Below are positions 27,257 through 41,296 of a stretch of 64,000 nt of DNA, one piece after another. This stretch comes from Lepidodermella squamata (Eukaryota > Animalia > Gastrotricha): contig JBLDXI010000025.1 of assembly GCA_047495785.1 (NCBI GenBank), forward strand, positions 2,232,001 through 2,296,000, written 5' to 3'. A program made the position numbers and the translations under genes. The notes under the pieces are model-generated. The model worked only from the letters and a program-made list of their open reading frames with translations. It was not told the DNA's origin and made no database searches. Numbering within the stretch: position 1 is the first letter of the stretch; each line of letters starts with the position of its first letter.

Positions 27257-27923
27257 AGCAACATTTTTGTGTCCGCTTGTAAATATTGTTCCGATGATAA
27301 CCGATATGGAGCCATCCCGATAAATGCTGATTCTTAACCGATGAGGCGGCAAAAATTATTTGATCCAATAACTCACTATAACTCGGAAAAAGGCTTGAAT
27401 TGCAAAGCAAGTACTTAGTCAGGGAAGAATCTATCTTTGAGTGCGATCATCAGTTGCTCATCGGCGAAATTCAAATTGAACCACACGGGAAACCCTTTGT
27501 AAACTTCGACTACAGTCGCGGGAAAGAGAAATTAGAAGAACAATTTCAGCTGTATATAGCCAAATCTCAATTGATTTATCAGTCAGGTCCTCACACTGGA
27601 ATTCAACTACGATTTTAAATAAATAACTAATCTGCGATTGCAATACCTTGATAATGATTTCATTTTATCGGGCCCAATCGCTTCTCAAATTCGAAGGATA
27701 AACAACACGTCCGTTATAAGCTGTTAAAGCTCATAATCTGGGGGCGCTCATTCCTTTCATGTGTGTAGAATAACAGTGAATTCACGCTGATAAATCAATG
27801 CAGATTTTATGAACTTATGTACGTGAGACTATCCCTCGCACCCGCTCACATTCGCGAACGCAGTAGAACTATTCATCTGACTGTTATTCATTTGCAAAAA
27901 GGTCTGCCTTTTGATTTTGCATT

Positions 27924-29239
27924 ATGACTAAATGCCCTGTCTGCGATTTCTTCGTAGCGCCGCGTGAGAAATATCAACCGCGAACCTGCGATGCCTGCCA
28001 GAAATTCTTTCGCCGTAATGGCCAACGTTACAGCAAGCTAAAATGTTGCCATGACCCTCGATCGGCAAACCAATCGGTTTCTTCTATCTATTTCGCGCGA
28101 AAAATGTGCCCTAAATGCCGATTCGATCGCTGTTTGGCGACAGGAATGCAGAGTTTGTTATGCATATCATTATACTTTCATGAAACATAGGTAATTTCAA
28201 CCAGGCAAATTTCTATGCGAAGATGCGAAGATTGCCCGCATGAAACAAGATCTACCCAAACCCGATCCTACTCTGAGTAAGACTCCCGAGATGGTCATTG
28301 ATGATTCGAATTCTAAAATTGCGATGCTATCGATTCGAGCTTTCACATTTCTTCATGGTCTTGAATTTGTAAGAAGCTTAAACAATATCTTTGAATTAAT
28401 TTAACATCTGAGTTCGCCAAAGGCTCCTGTCAAGAATTTCTCGATACTTGATTCGAAACAGTTACGAGAGAGACTAGTCCAACAAGCTGCTTATGCCGCC
28501 GATCTTTTAAAAACTTACGGCTTCTGCTTTCTTGGTGAGTCACAACAGGGTTAAAGATTGCATGGCAATTTTTGACTTCTATTACAGATCTCGCTCCGGG
28601 ACTTACTGAAGAAGATTTCCTCGAGTTGCGAGCTTCGTCAACAATTCACATGGCTGCAATTTATCACAATTTGCCTAGTTCAGCGAACCCGTCGTGGCTC
28701 GGAACGCCGGATGAAGTATTGCCTCTATTGGGCCTCACCTTCCCGCAACTAATGGCGGTATAATGATTTTTTTTAACTGAGGGAATATCGACAAACGTTT
28801 GCGTAGAAAGGATTGCCGAAAATCAATAATTTGAAGCAGCAACTCGACGCTTTCAACCCGACTTTCTTGGAGGCTGCGCTATTGCTGAGCGTCTCAATTT
28901 TCCATGGTACGACCCTGTAATGCTGACGCGGATGATGATGATGAGTTTTTTCTAGATATTTCTGGTAGAAATTCCCGTGTCGTGCAACTGCAACGGCAAT
29001 GTTTTGCTGCTCTGCGCACTGAGATGCTAAATGCTGCTAGCGGGGATAAATCATTGGTTAAGGCTAGACTGCTAATGTTTCGCAAGTGTTTTGAAGCCGC
29101 CATCGATGTTCAAAAACATACGCTGAGTGAAGTGGCTGCCACGAAGGATTCGTCGCCTATGTTCAAGATTTTCACCAAGATTATTAATTTCGCTGAATCT
29201 GGACCACCATTGGTAGGGGTGGGTGAACCCATTGTGTAA
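27924..29239 (+). CDS. Divergent nuclear receptor NR-3 (MTKCPVC subtype, 6 exons)
   Basis: DBD CDACQKFFRR; exons splice in frame through LHGLEF, YGFCFL, HNLPSSANPSW, PTFLEAALLL. Confidence 0.85.
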
Positions 29240-29795
29240 AAATATCAATTCGAAAAATCTCCATAAAAATGATGACACCAACTATTGCACCCTCTTATTC
29301 ACGAAAATGAAACATGGAGATAGAACCTATGCCAACGGATTGATGATTTCGAAAACGTTTTCATATCAATATAGTTTTTATAGATTCGGATTCAGCCGAA
29401 AACACCCAAGACTGTTTAACTCAATATCGATTAAAACTTGTTGAAAAATTGAGATAGAACTTGTTCTCGAAGTGTTGATAGTATGTTGTCCATCTTGAAG
29501 CTTTCGAAAGCTGCTATAATTACAAACATGCTGTTAGCATCCCCTCCGAGGTAATGTCTCTCTGAAATTTGACCAACAAACCTCATTTTTGCAAAGACAT
29601 GTTGCAATCGTAATGGCAGGGCGGTCAATAAAGTATTTTAAGGACTGTTTATCATCCTCCTTTTTTCATACGTCTGTGGATCAATAATCTGCCACCGCGT
29701 GCCTGCGAAAACGGAGGAATATAATTTCGTATATAAAGCTGTTTGGCGAATGAACTCGCTCACAAGTTATTTTGTTCTCGAATCTTGGACGATTA

Positions 29796-31179
29796 ATGCC
29801 TAAACCGCTCCGTTCTGCTCAAACGGTTGGCGGTGTTGTGAAATGCCGCGTTTGTGACCTGGTTGTATCGCGTCGTCCAAAGTACCAACCTTCATGCTGC
29901 GAGGCCTGCCAGAAATTCTTCAGGCGAAACTGCTATCGAGCCATTGCACTCAGATGTCGACATACCAAATTGAAGCAAAGCCCAGACCTTACCCGGTATC
30001 CTGTCTATGTAACCCGTGGTATGTGCTCCAAATGTCGATTCGACAAATGCATTGCAGCTGGAATGACAAGTGAGTATACGGCAGATAATTTCACTACAAG
30101 TGTTTTTATGGATTGCATATATATTCTCTAGGTAAATTTCTGACACAGGAGGTTGGTGGATCGAGGTCGGGGTCTATATCATCTGAAACTAAAGAAGAGA
30201 CCGCACCGTCCGAAGTCAGGATGATTTCCCTGCCACTCACACCAGAATCATTGTTCGACAATCCAACAGAAAATCTTGTTCGAACTTCAATTCATGCTTT
30301 CACCATTCTACATGGGCTTGAATTCGTAAGCTTGGAATAACTTATGAAAGGTTTACCTTCAATTGAAGCATTAATTTCAGGGTCCGCTGAAAGATAGATA
30401 CGAAACCGCTGAACAGCTCGGTTTACGTTCTCGCATAGTTCAACGGATGAGCTACAACGTTGCACATGCCAAAGCATACCAATATCAGTTTTTAGGTGAG
30501 ATATATACTTTGTCCAAAATCATGGTTAAGTAGATATTTTTCGACTTCCAGAGGCCTCGGATGACATCAGCATTGAGGACGTTGAGCCAAACCTAGGATT
30601 TGCCGCTGGAAAAATGAGTTCCGTTTATCACAACCTGTCAGGTGATTCGAAACCATCCTGGTACGGAATGGATGATAACGTGAAGGAGTTGATTTATCAG
30701 GAATTTCCGTATTTGACGGTAAAACTTATCTGTGAATTCGCGATTTCACTTTGAAATCAATTCCAGAAGCTAGAGAAAGAGTTTCATCTACTTAAGAAAC
30801 TGCTGAGCATGCTTGCTCCAACTTTTATCGAAGCTGCATTAGTTCTGAGCATATCGATATTTCACGGTAAGAAACATTTGGGTTTTAGGATTTTGTAATG
30901 TCACAAATTCCAGATGAGACTGGCAAAAATCGACGAATCCAGCGCTTGCAAAAAAAACTTATCGATGCTCTGCGGGGAGTAATAAGCGATAGATACGGCG
31001 ATAGCCCTGACGTGCTTAATAGCCGCATGGAGCTTCTTGGCCAAAGCGTTACGACTACCGTTCGGCTGCAAAAGCTAGCCCTAAATTTCTTTGAACATGA
31101 AGCGCATGACGTTGAGTTTTGCAGTTCAGCTGCTCAGGCTCTCTTTATCCAGCGGGATTCGACAATGAACTATGATTGA
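29796..31179 (+). CDS. Divergent nuclear receptor NR-4 (MPKPLR subtype, 6 exons)
   Basis: Paralog of NR-1 and NR-8; exons read in frame; TATATAAA at ~29730. Confidence 0.85.
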
Positions 31180-32345
31180 AAATGCTTTGAGACAACAAGA
31201 TAACATTTCCGTTTTACGCTTTCTCAAGTGAAAACGCTGACCTTCATTAAAAATGACATGATGTTTCCTGATAATTTAAAAAAGTAAAACAGTGTCCTGA
31301 AAAATATTTTCAAGAATCATTCTTGGTTGTTTCCTTATTGAAATTTATCTCACTATATTCTGCTTCAACCCTATTTTTTGAAGTTCGACGAAAGACCTAA
31401 GCAATGTTCGTTAGGTACTTCAAAGCAGACATCTACAAGCTCGTATTTCCAGTCGTCATGTTATTTTTTCACCGCACAATCGATAATCAACCCAATCTGC
31501 GGGTTTTTACTAAGAAATGGAAATAGAACTACTAGAGCTTTTTTAACAAATGCAGATCCGGACAATTTTCTCAAATCGGACTTTTTCAAACAAGGGGCTT
31601 TGAGCTGTTCTTGTCGGATTGTTTGGCAATAAAGTAGATGTGCTTGAAGTGCCCTGGATCAGTCGAGCTGCAGGGTTTAGGGTTTCCAGTTTCTCGAAAC
31701 GCACCGCACAATCTGCTAATTTTTAAATCAGCTGCTGGCTCAATTTCCAGTATCGAAATTCACTCGCCATGGTGTCTGCTACATGTTTATGTCTTATGCG
31801 ATGATCAAATATCTGTGTCTTATCGAAGATATTATATTAATTGGCGAATGCAGTTTTACCGTGCTCATTTTGTGACGCTTACTTTTGTATCCTCCTTTAA
31901 GTCCTTTATGGGCCTAACATGTTATAGCTATGTGATATTACTTCATTTTCAGCTATGTCTGGGTTTAAGGTTTCTTGCGTGGTGATGAGAAGGGGCGGAA
32001 CGGCAGAACAAAAGCAGACATTTCCAGCCTCTAAAATATCCGTTCGACTTTGTTTATGAGAGGTACTAATAACGTGGACCACAGGGCCGCCGTTTCCCAA
32101 ACGCTAGCTAGCGGTGTTTCTGAAAGGGCCGTTACTACACTAAGTACAACTTGAATTGATTAATTTCATAGGTTAAATGGTCCTCAACTCAGGAAAGCAA
32201 TTCAAAAGCTACCACGAGTACTTGGCTTAGCAGCCAGTACTCATACCGTTTCCCCTATAAGCGTAACAGTAACACCCCTAAAAACCGTGGTTAATGACAC
32301 CAGCAGTTACCGCTTCATATCTGCTCATCTATTAAACAAATGATT

Positions 32346-33768
32346 TTATTGAGGGATATAACTCACACGTTTGTATTTCAGAACAGAGATTGGGTCGGAT
32401 ATTATGTTATCGGGTACGCATTCACATGGGAAACATTCGCTTTTGATCACGTCGTAGCAGGAGATTCAGCTAAATTAATTGTTTTGGTGAAAGTTTTGAA
32501 CATAGGTGACGGATCATCATTGATAGATATTTCACTCAGCGAAATTCTTTGAGCGGCCAACGCGGCACCAATGCACGCGCGAAATTTCAGCAGTCTAGCC
32601 TTAACAATAGCTTTATCCCCGCTTGAGGCCAGCAGCATTTCAGACTGCAAAGCAGATAACAATCGTCGTTGAAATTGCATGACACGGGGATTTTTACCGG
32701 AAATATCTATGAAGAAAACCCTATTATTCGAGATTGTGTTCCAAAGGTTCCCTACCATAAAAAATCAAAACACTTAGCAGGAATGCAGCCTCCAGGAAAG
32801 ACGGACTGAAATCTTCGAGTTGTTGCTTCAGATGGTTGATTTTCGGCATCATCCTCTGCACGCAACAGGTTATTCAGTATTATTGCTGTAAAAACCCAAT
32901 CTTTACCGTCATCAGCCGTGGAAACGTCTCGTGCATTAGAGGCATGACCTCATCCGGCATTCCCAGCCACGACGGGTTCGCTGAGCTTGGCAAATTGTGG
33001 TAAATTGCCACCATGTGAATTATTGACGAAGCTCGCAACTCGCGGAAATCTTCTTCAGTAAGTTCGGGCGCAAGATCTGCAAAACAGAATAACAAAAAGG
33101 TCACCTATACTCTTTGCTACGCTTTGACTCACCTAGGTAGCAAAAGCCATAAGCGTTCAAGAGATTAGCGTTATGAACACCTTGATAGAATAATCTTTCT
33201 TTCAGCTGTATCGAATTCTGTATTGGGGATTCATTAAAAGGAGCCTTAAGAGAATTCAATTGTATAGAATAGTGAAACATAAATGCACGCTTATTACGAA
33301 TTCAAGGCCGTGGAGAACAGTGAAAGCCCGAATAGCTCGCCTCGCAATTATTGAATTTGGATCATCGATAACCATCTCAGGAGTCTTACTCAGAATTGGA
33401 GGCGATTCAGGCTCGTATTTGAGGAAATCTGTAACTTGTTTGATGCGTGGAACTTTAGCTTCTTCACATAAATATTTGCCTGCGGGAAAATCAATTTGTT
33501 ATTTCAAGTTTGAATGAATAACAAAATTTCGTAGCAAACTTTGCATTCCTATTGCCAGACAGCGGTCGAAACGACATTTCGCACACATTTTACGCGCGAC
33601 GTATATAGTTGCAACGGATTGGTGTGCTGATCGAGCGCGATGGCGACATTTCAGCAAACTGTAGCGTTGGCAATTTCGTCGGAAAAATTTCTGGCAGGCT
33701 TCGCAGGTTCTCGGTTGATACTTTTCACGCGGCACTACGAAGCAATCGCACACAGGGCATTTAGTTAT
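32346..33768 (-). pseudogene. Nuclear receptor NR-5, probably disabled (start ATG->ATA; 7-nt deletion truncates the tail)
   Basis: Close paralog of NR-9. The codon at 33768-33766 is ATA where paralogs have ATG, and an in-frame TAG lies upstream at 33822-33820. The C-terminus ends ESPATT* at 32447, while the NR-9-like tail (..DNIISDPISVLKYKRVSYIPQ*) persists out of frame to 32346. Confidence 0.65.
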
Positions 33769-34255
33769 ATCAATATGAAAATATTGACAGCTAGAGCCAA
33801 GATATGTGAAAATATCACTCTACGCGCTCGCGAACGTGTGAGAGACGCGTAGTCTAATGTCGGAGTTCTCACAAAGTTTATTGATTTATAAGCGTTCGGC
33901 ATATTTTTTTCCTAGACTTTATTGTAGGAGAATAATTTGAGCTTCTGACAGCTCAGGACGTTGGAGGAGCGGACTAAAAAATCGATGGAGGTTTATTCGC
34001 GATTGAGATACTACGATGAATGTTGCGAATAATTACGGCAAGCTGTTGCTGCTGGTAATGGCTGTACTTGTTAGTTCTAATAATACTTTTTCGAATACTT
34101 GTTACTTGAATGAAGGCTATAAGCCTATAAACGTGCTACACGGCTCAAATTGAGCGCATTTCTGCAATGACCGATTTGAACTAGTCCTCCAAAGACATTT
34201 GATAGCGAGATCAATGTTTACTCTTGTCCCGCTTCTTTTTCGGAAAGCCAAGATA

Positions 34256-34351
34256 CCGTAGTTTCCGAAATACAAGTTCAGGCGGCACTACGAAGAACAT
34301 CAAAGTGCCGACAAAGAGGCGCTGCCTCGGCTTGTATTTTGGAAACTACGG
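34256..34351. mobile_element. Tc1/mariner(pogo)-type MITE, 96 bp
   Basis: TA on both sides; TIR CCGTAGTTTCCGAAATACAAG / CTTGTATTTTGGAAACTACGG (1 mismatch). Confidence 0.8.
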
Positions 34352-34577
34352 TATATCAAAGTGCTTCCTCAGTGACCTTCCTCAGTGACATCATAGCCAT
34401 AGGCCATTTTTTGACGGATTTTGTTATTTTTAGAGGCGATGATAGCAACGAGTTATAAAGGCAGGCTGCAAAGACGTGAGCAAGGACTATCATCTCCGCC
34501 AAGCATGGGCGACACTGATTTCCTCTCTGACTGAAAACTGGAACCCTTCTAACCGGAAAAGTGTTTGTGGGTCAAGT

Positions 34578-34810
34578 CTTTATTCAATGAAATAATAGGT
34601 TAAGGCTTGAAGAAAACAATTGTAATCAATCGTATGCATTAAATTCACCTGTTAGGATGAATTAATTTTCCTGAAATTAAAAAAAATAACTAGTCGATTC
34701 AGAGTCTTCAGCTTTCCGTGTAACAGAAAGCGATTATCGGAAATATAATTTCGGCTAGCGAAGACATAAGAACTAATAGTTTCATGTTTTTTCAGGGCTG
34801 CCGTCTCATC
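34578..34810 (-). pseudogene. Orphan 3'UTR remnant of a Gly-rich secreted protein gene
   Basis: Aligns by eye to 46806-47030 (ttttcctgaaa..ttccgtg.aacagaaagcgat.atcggaaatata.tttcggctagcgaa) but no coding region follows. Confidence 0.65.
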
Positions 34811-35075
34811 TTCCGAAATTTCGTTTTCGTAAGCCATACGAAAGTAACAGAAAGATGTGCAATTTACTCACGTTAGTCACAGCTCAGCTATTTAGTCCTC
34901 TTTAACACGTATAGCTGCATATCGCATTGATAATATAATATGATCCAAGTAGCAGCAAATTTGGTCTATCCTATAATCAAAGTAATACTGACTGATGGAA
35001 GTGACACGAATAAATTCAAGTGCTGACGATGTTCGGCAAACGATCCAGAAACGCATGCTAACAGCCGAATTTAGT

Positions 35076-36405
35076 TCATTCTGCCAATGGCGAGGACTGA
35101 AACTCAGCTATATTAAGAATCTCGGTGAAAATCTTGAACCGAGGTGACGGATCTGCCAATGCTATCAGCTTCATTTCATGCAACAAACATTTTTGAACAT
35201 CGAAAGCAGCTTGAACGCACTTGTGAAACATCAGCAACCTAGCCTCCGGCAACGATTTATCCCCACTTGCAGCATGCAGCATTTCAGCGCGAACAGCAGA
35301 CAACAACTGCCGTTGAAGTTTCATGACAAGAGCATTCTTACCGGAAATATCTATAGCAAACCGTATAATCCGCGTCGGTTTTAGTACGCGTTTTTCTTAC
35401 CGTGAAAAATTAAGACACTCAGCATGAGCGAAGCCTCCAAGAAAGTCGGTTGGAAATTTTCGAGTTGCTCCTTCAAATTAATGATTTGCGGCATCGCTTT
35501 CTGTGTGGACAATAATTGAATCAGGAATATTCTTCTATCGCTCAAAAGCATTACCGCCACCAGCTGCGGAAATGTGCGGTCGATTAGAGGCATGGCTTCA
35601 TCTGGTATTCCGAGCAATGAAGGGCTAGCTGAACTGGGCAAATTGTGATAGACTGCTGTCATGTGCATTATTGACGAAGCTCGAAGATCGCGGAACTCTT
35701 GTCCTGTAAGCTCTGGAGCAAGATCTGTTATGAAAAACAAGAATAACCTCTTCCGTGTATACTCTGATCGAACCACCTCGAAAGCAGAAGCCGTAAGAGT
35801 TGAAAAGATCAGCGGTATAAGAACTTTGTTGGACTAGTCTCTCTCGTAACTGCATCGAATCAAGTATCGAGCCATTCTTCACAGGTGCCTTTTGGCGAAC
35901 TCAGATGGTAAATAAATTCAGAGATATGAAGCAACGCCCTTACGAATTCAAGACCATGGAGAACGGTGAAAGCTCGAAGTGACCTCATCGCATATTTACT
36001 AGATCCATCAATAACCACGCCAGGAGTTAGGCCCAGAATTTGTGGCGGTTTAGGTTTGGATATAGCCTTTGCATACTGAGATCGAGCGAGTTTCGCATCA
36101 TCACATAAGAACTTGCCTGTTGAAAGTTTGAACAACTTCTGTTTTTAAGAATATAATAAACATTCAATAAACAAACTCTGCATCCCTTTTGCCAAACAGC
36201 GGTCGAAGCGACATTTCGCACACATTTTCCGCGCAACATAGATGACAGCAACCGATTGGTACGCTGATCTAGTGTGATGGCGACATTTCAGCTTACTGTA
36301 GCGTTGGCAATTTCGTCGGAAAAACTTCTGACAAGCATCGCATGTTCGCGTTTGATATTTCTCACGCGGCACAACGAAGCAATCGCAGACAAGGCATTTA
36401 GTCAT
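35076..36405 (-). CDS. Divergent nuclear receptor NR-6 (6 exons)
   Basis: DBD CLVC..CDACQKFFRR; closest to NR-10 (LPSSASPSLLGIPD, KLIAL); exons in frame. Confidence 0.85.
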
Positions 36406-36822
36406 AGATTCCAATCTGAAATAATGAGAGTTATAACTTGCTCAAAAGTATTCGATTAGTTCTACCCCGCTTTCGAGCGTAATTCATGACGTATGTAGGG
36501 TGCATAGTGTCGCGTCCGTAAGTTCGCAAAATTTATTGATTTATTCGTGCTGCTGTATTCTAGACTCTTAAGTAAACCTCTGCCCCAACATTACGGGCTT
36601 TGACAGCTCATGGCATTTGTTATATCCCTCATGGCTGACCAAAAAACCAGAGTGTGTGCATGAGGCGGGCTTTTGGTTATAGAAGGGCACTTCATCTTTT
36701 TTAGGTTTTAATCATGAAGAGACGCAAATCAAGTGGCAGTTTTGTTATTTTTGCACCTTCGTTTGTATACTTTTATATACTATCAGGTTTTTCTGTCAAT
36801 ATTTTCAAATGGCGAATTTCAA

Positions 36823-36984
36823 ATGGACTGAATGCCTTGTGTCTGCGATTGCTTCGTTGTGCCGCGTGAAAAGTGTAAACCGCGAACCTACGAAGCTTGC
36901 CAGAAATTTTTCCGACCACATTGTCAACGCTGCAACAAGCCTAAATGTCGCCATCACACTCGATCATCACAGCGATCGGTTGCT
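36823..36984 (+). pseudogene. Degenerate nuclear receptor DBD fragment
   Basis: Nucleotide similarity to the MTK-type DBD exon (tgcgattgcttcgttgtgccgcgtgaa..gcttgccagaaatttttccgac..aaatgtcgccatcacact) with indels and Cys loss; no downstream exons. Confidence 0.8.
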
Positions 36985-37493
36985 TAACAAATTGCGTGCC
37001 ATCATTAATAATCGCATAATGATAATAAACATGACATAATTTATCATGGCAGCGTTCAGTGTGCTGTCGATATTTCGTCACACCGTATTCCAATGAAAAC
37101 ACTGATTTGTCTTCGCATTCTTCAACGTATCCTTGTCCCCGACCCATTTCGCTTCGCAGCTAGGTTTTATGTCCTTCCACGGGCATGCCTTCTACTTTAA
37201 TGGGAAAAACAACTAATCAGAAATGACTAAATCATTTCATTTTATCGGACTCAAATGCTTCCTTAGCACACAAAGGCACGTAAACATACTTATAAGGTGG
37301 CAATGTTCGTAATTTGGGGACATCCATTAATGAGTGTGGAATAACAGTGGACGAACGCTTATCAATCAATAAAGTTATACTAACTTGTGTATGCGAGACA
37401 ACCGACACATTTCCTGCAGGGTTCGCAAGTGCAGTAGAACTATTCATCCGACAGTTTCTTTTTTCAAAAGGGTGTACTTCTCAATATTGCATT

Positions 37494-38855
37494 ATGACTA
37501 AATGCCCTGTATGCGATTGCTTCGTAGTACCGCGTAGCAAGTACCAACCGCGAACCTGCGAAGCTTGCCAGAAATTTTTCCGACGAAATTGCCAACGTTA
37601 CACTACGATGAAATGTCGCCATAACACTCGATCGAAAAATAAATCGGCTGCTACTATCTACGTCGCGCGTAAAATGTGTGCAAAATGCCGCTTGGACCTC
37701 TGTTTGGCAGCAGGAATGCAAAGTTTCTGAATTTCATTTTACTTGTATAATATAATTGTTCCCATATTTTGAAAGGCAAATTTCCATGCCAAAATGCGAT
37801 AAGTGCTCGCATAAAACAAGCTCTACCGAAATCCACTGCAATGCTGATAAAGACGCCTGAAATGGCTATTGATAATCAACATTTGAAAATTACCATGCGA
37901 TCACTTAAGGCTTTTACTGTTCTCCACGATCTTGAATTCGTAAGAGCCTTTCTTTCATTCTTTTAAAGTATTTCAAATGTGAATTCGCCAAAGGCTCCTG
38001 TGAAGAATTCATCGATACTTGATTTGATACAGGTGCGAGAGAAACTTGTCCAACAAGCCGCTTATACCACCGATATTTTGAACCCTTACGGCTTTTGCTT
38101 TCTAGGTGAGTTGCAACACAGGATTGAAGCTTATGCGGAAATGTTTTCATCGCAGATCTTGCTCCGGAGATGACAGAACAAGACTTCCGCGATCTGCGAG
38201 CTTCTTCAACAATCCACATGGTAGCAATTTATCACAATTTGCCAAGTTCTGCCAACCCGTCATGGCTTGGAACGCCTAATGAAGTATTGCCTCTAATGGG
38301 CCACACATTTCCAAAACTAATAGCGGTAAAGATTTTTTAGATCAAGTTGACTTCAATGACCATCTGCATAGAAAGGAATGCCGAAAATCAATCATTTGAA
38401 GCAACAACTCGACGCATTCAACCCGACTTTCTTAGAGGCTGCGCTCTTGCTGAGCATTTCAATTTTTCACGGTACGACCCTGTACTGCTGACGCGGATAT
38501 AATAATAAGGCTTTTTCTAGATATTTCAGGTAGAAATGCTCGCGTCATGCAGCTTCAACGGCAATTTTCTGCCGCTCTGCGCACGGAGATGTTGAATGCT
38601 TCTAGCGGGGATAAATCATTGGCCAAGGCGAGGCTATTGAAATTTCGGGGGTGTTTTCAAGCTGCTTTTGATGTTCAAAGATTTACGCTGAGTGAATTGG
38701 CTGTAACGAAGGATCCGTCGCCCATGTTCAAGATTTTCACCAAGATTATCTATTTTGCTGAATCTGAACCACCCTTGGCTGGGGGTGGGATCATCAAAAA
38801 CGAGTCGGAACCATACGCATCTGAAACAGTTCAGCCACATGATCCTATCTACTAA
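37494..38855 (+). CDS. Divergent nuclear receptor NR-7 (duplicate of NR-3)
   Basis: DBD CEACQKFFRR; six-exon structure; high similarity to NR-3 including introns. Confidence 0.85.
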
Positions 38856-39616
38856 GCACTAAAATACCAATGTTCCCTGATTTTCAACAGTAAAATCGAC
38901 TTTTAGATCGAAAACTGCTCCAGAAGACTTATTAACAATAAACAGATTTTATCCACGCGGAAAATCTTGCGGCTAGCGAAGCACTGGGGGCAAGGTTTTT
39001 GAATTATTAGGAGAAACTTGGTTCTGTTTAGGCCGAGGTCCAATTATACAGAAAACATTAGGCGAGATGAAACGGAAAAGATGCACCACTGAAGAAAATT
39101 CCGGTTATCCAGTGAGCGACTTTCAGGGGGGGATGGGGGGATCATCCCACCCAGCTCGGCCGGGCTAGACAGCAAAATGAGAATTTAGCCCACTGTTTCG
39201 TTAATTTTGCGAGGTTGTGGAGCATGTTTTAGTGGAAAATCTTCTCGCTTCGCAATTACATGCAAAACTACCTGATTTCCCGTAAATTTGGATGTCCCGT
39301 CAGGATTCTCGTGGATATTGTATCACAAATTCCTGCCCAGTTGGTTATTTTTTGCCTAGACGGAAAAAGTGATTCTGCCCGATGTTTCTGCCCGCTGTTT
39401 CTGCCCGCTCAAACGATTAGGGTGGATTTTTTATTTTCGAAAATCAATTGATGCTCTCGAAAATTCGGGAAAACCTCTCACCTGAAATAATGTTGCACAA
39501 CTTCAATTTCCGTTCCCAGTCCCTTTACTACAACCTTCAGACTCTGACCAAACGAGTGAACAAGTGAATAACCTTTATTAGAATGTTTAAACTTTAAAAC
39601 AAGTGTTTGGGCCGGA

Positions 39617-41078
39617 TTAATTGTTAATAACGACGGAGCAATTCGAGAAATTGAAGATCGGCATGGGTTTAGCTTGCTTTACGGGTGGCTCATCGCGCGG
39701 GTCATTTTCGACGTTTCGAAGCAGCAGCGTTTGCGAGAAATGCGACTCGGCCACCACCAATCCTTCGGTTGGCTTGATCTCTTGTGCAGACACACCCGAA
39801 ACTGCAGCTGATTGTCCATCACCGAAACCGACAGCCAGTTTGTCGCTGATACTTCGTCGTTCAGAGGTGTTGAGTTTGTGGTAACTGTTCAGAGAATCGA
39901 CCGATGCATGACCAGTAATCTGGATGATCTTTCGAGAATCGACACCGAGTTCAGAGAGGGTTGAGACGAGAAACTTTCGAGCCGAGTGGTTCGTGATTCG
40001 TTTGGTAATACCAGCACCGACAGCGGCGTCCTTGAGGAGCGATCCAAGGGGGTTCTTGCCCAAATTTTGGCATTTGTAGAAGAGGCCGTCGGGTCGAAAT
40101 CGGGTCAGGCAACCAACATACATTGGGTCACTCGGGCGCGAAAACTTTCCCGGTCGTTTTGCACAAAAAATAAGGAACAATCGAACCGGGCAGAAAAAGC
40201 CACCGTTCTCGTATGCTCGTGGTGCCAGTTTTGAGTGGGTTGATTCGCCATTCCTGGTTTTAGTCTGTCGCTCGTTGAATTCGAGATACCTGCGACCTCC
40301 AGATTCGGTTTTTAGCTGGACATCACCAAACCTGAAAACGGCCAATTTAACAATTTTTCAATGGCAATCCAACAACCTACTTCATTTGTAGATGTTCATC
40401 ACGGCCACGAAGACCGAAATACACGGTGAAAACCAGCCACAGCATCGTGATCAAACCGATTGGCGTGTCATCAGTCAGCGTTTTCGCCTCACGCATTTTA
40501 TCAATATCTTCTCGTTCTAGGCATTCAGATGCTCGGGCTTTATTTCCCTTTCCAGCACGCTTAGATTCGACAAACTTGGATTTCAGCATTTTCATGCTAT
40601 AGAAGAAATCGACTCTCGCCATGGTGAAGTTGATTTCGTTCTTCGTCACATCGCGGAGATGGCGAATGATGGAGGAATAAATGCCTCGAATCGTTGTCGG
40701 CTCCATCGCGCTACCATCAGTCTTCGTCAACTGCTTGAGAAAAAGAGCGACATAGAGATCCATATCCTTGACCGTAAGTTCAACTAATAGTTGCTCCGAA
40801 ATGTGGAATCGCTGCTCGACAAATGCGACAAATCGGCTCCAGTGCTGCTTGGTTTTCTGAGCTGTGCCGTTTGCTTCAAAACCAGCCACGAAATTTTCGA
40901 CTTCTTGAATGAACTCCGACGTATCACCCTCTTCATCGGATTCTTCTTCTTCGATATCAGCATCAAGTTCTCGTTCGAGAAGTCGAATTGGATCGGATTC
41001 TTCGCGCTGTTTCACTTCCACGGAGCCGTCAGCGAGAGCACCGAGGCCCAGGTCGCCAATATCAAAAGTGATCTCCAT
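39617..41078 (-). CDS. Crypton tyrosine recombinase (DUF3504/ZMYM-KCTD1-related), 470 aa; exons 41078-40381 and 40331-39617
   Basis: 49-bp GT-AG intron (40332-40380) fuses the two ORFs in frame (..HLQMK|FGDV..). Full catalytic set: R (FGLRG), K (QTKT), HxxR (TNHSAR), H (ITGH), Y (SLNSY); also CPV motif. Confidence 0.92.
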
Positions 41079-41296
41079 TGAAAATTCGACGGAAATTCGC
41101 AATATTCAATTGATAATAAAACAAGGAAATGAACAACGAACAAAAAAAATTCAAAAAAAAAATTTGCTACAAATTTTAAGCTGGATTTCTTATTTTCGTT
41201 ATTAACAACGGTCATCTTTCATACGCACTATACACCATTCCCCATTTTCACTCGTCCGAGTGTCGGATTAACGAAAATAACCAACTGGGAAGGAAC

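Noticed and set aside
39617-41102. Bacterial/phage integrase contamination or two separate genes
   Set aside because: A spliceosomal 49-bp intron joins the ORFs, and the motifs match eukaryotic Crypton recombinases.
38929-41208. TTATTAACAA at 38929, 39621 (reverse) and 41199 as recombination sites
   Set aside because: AT-rich 10-mer chosen post hoc; one copy lies within the coding end and one in apparent host 3'UTR; insufficient support.
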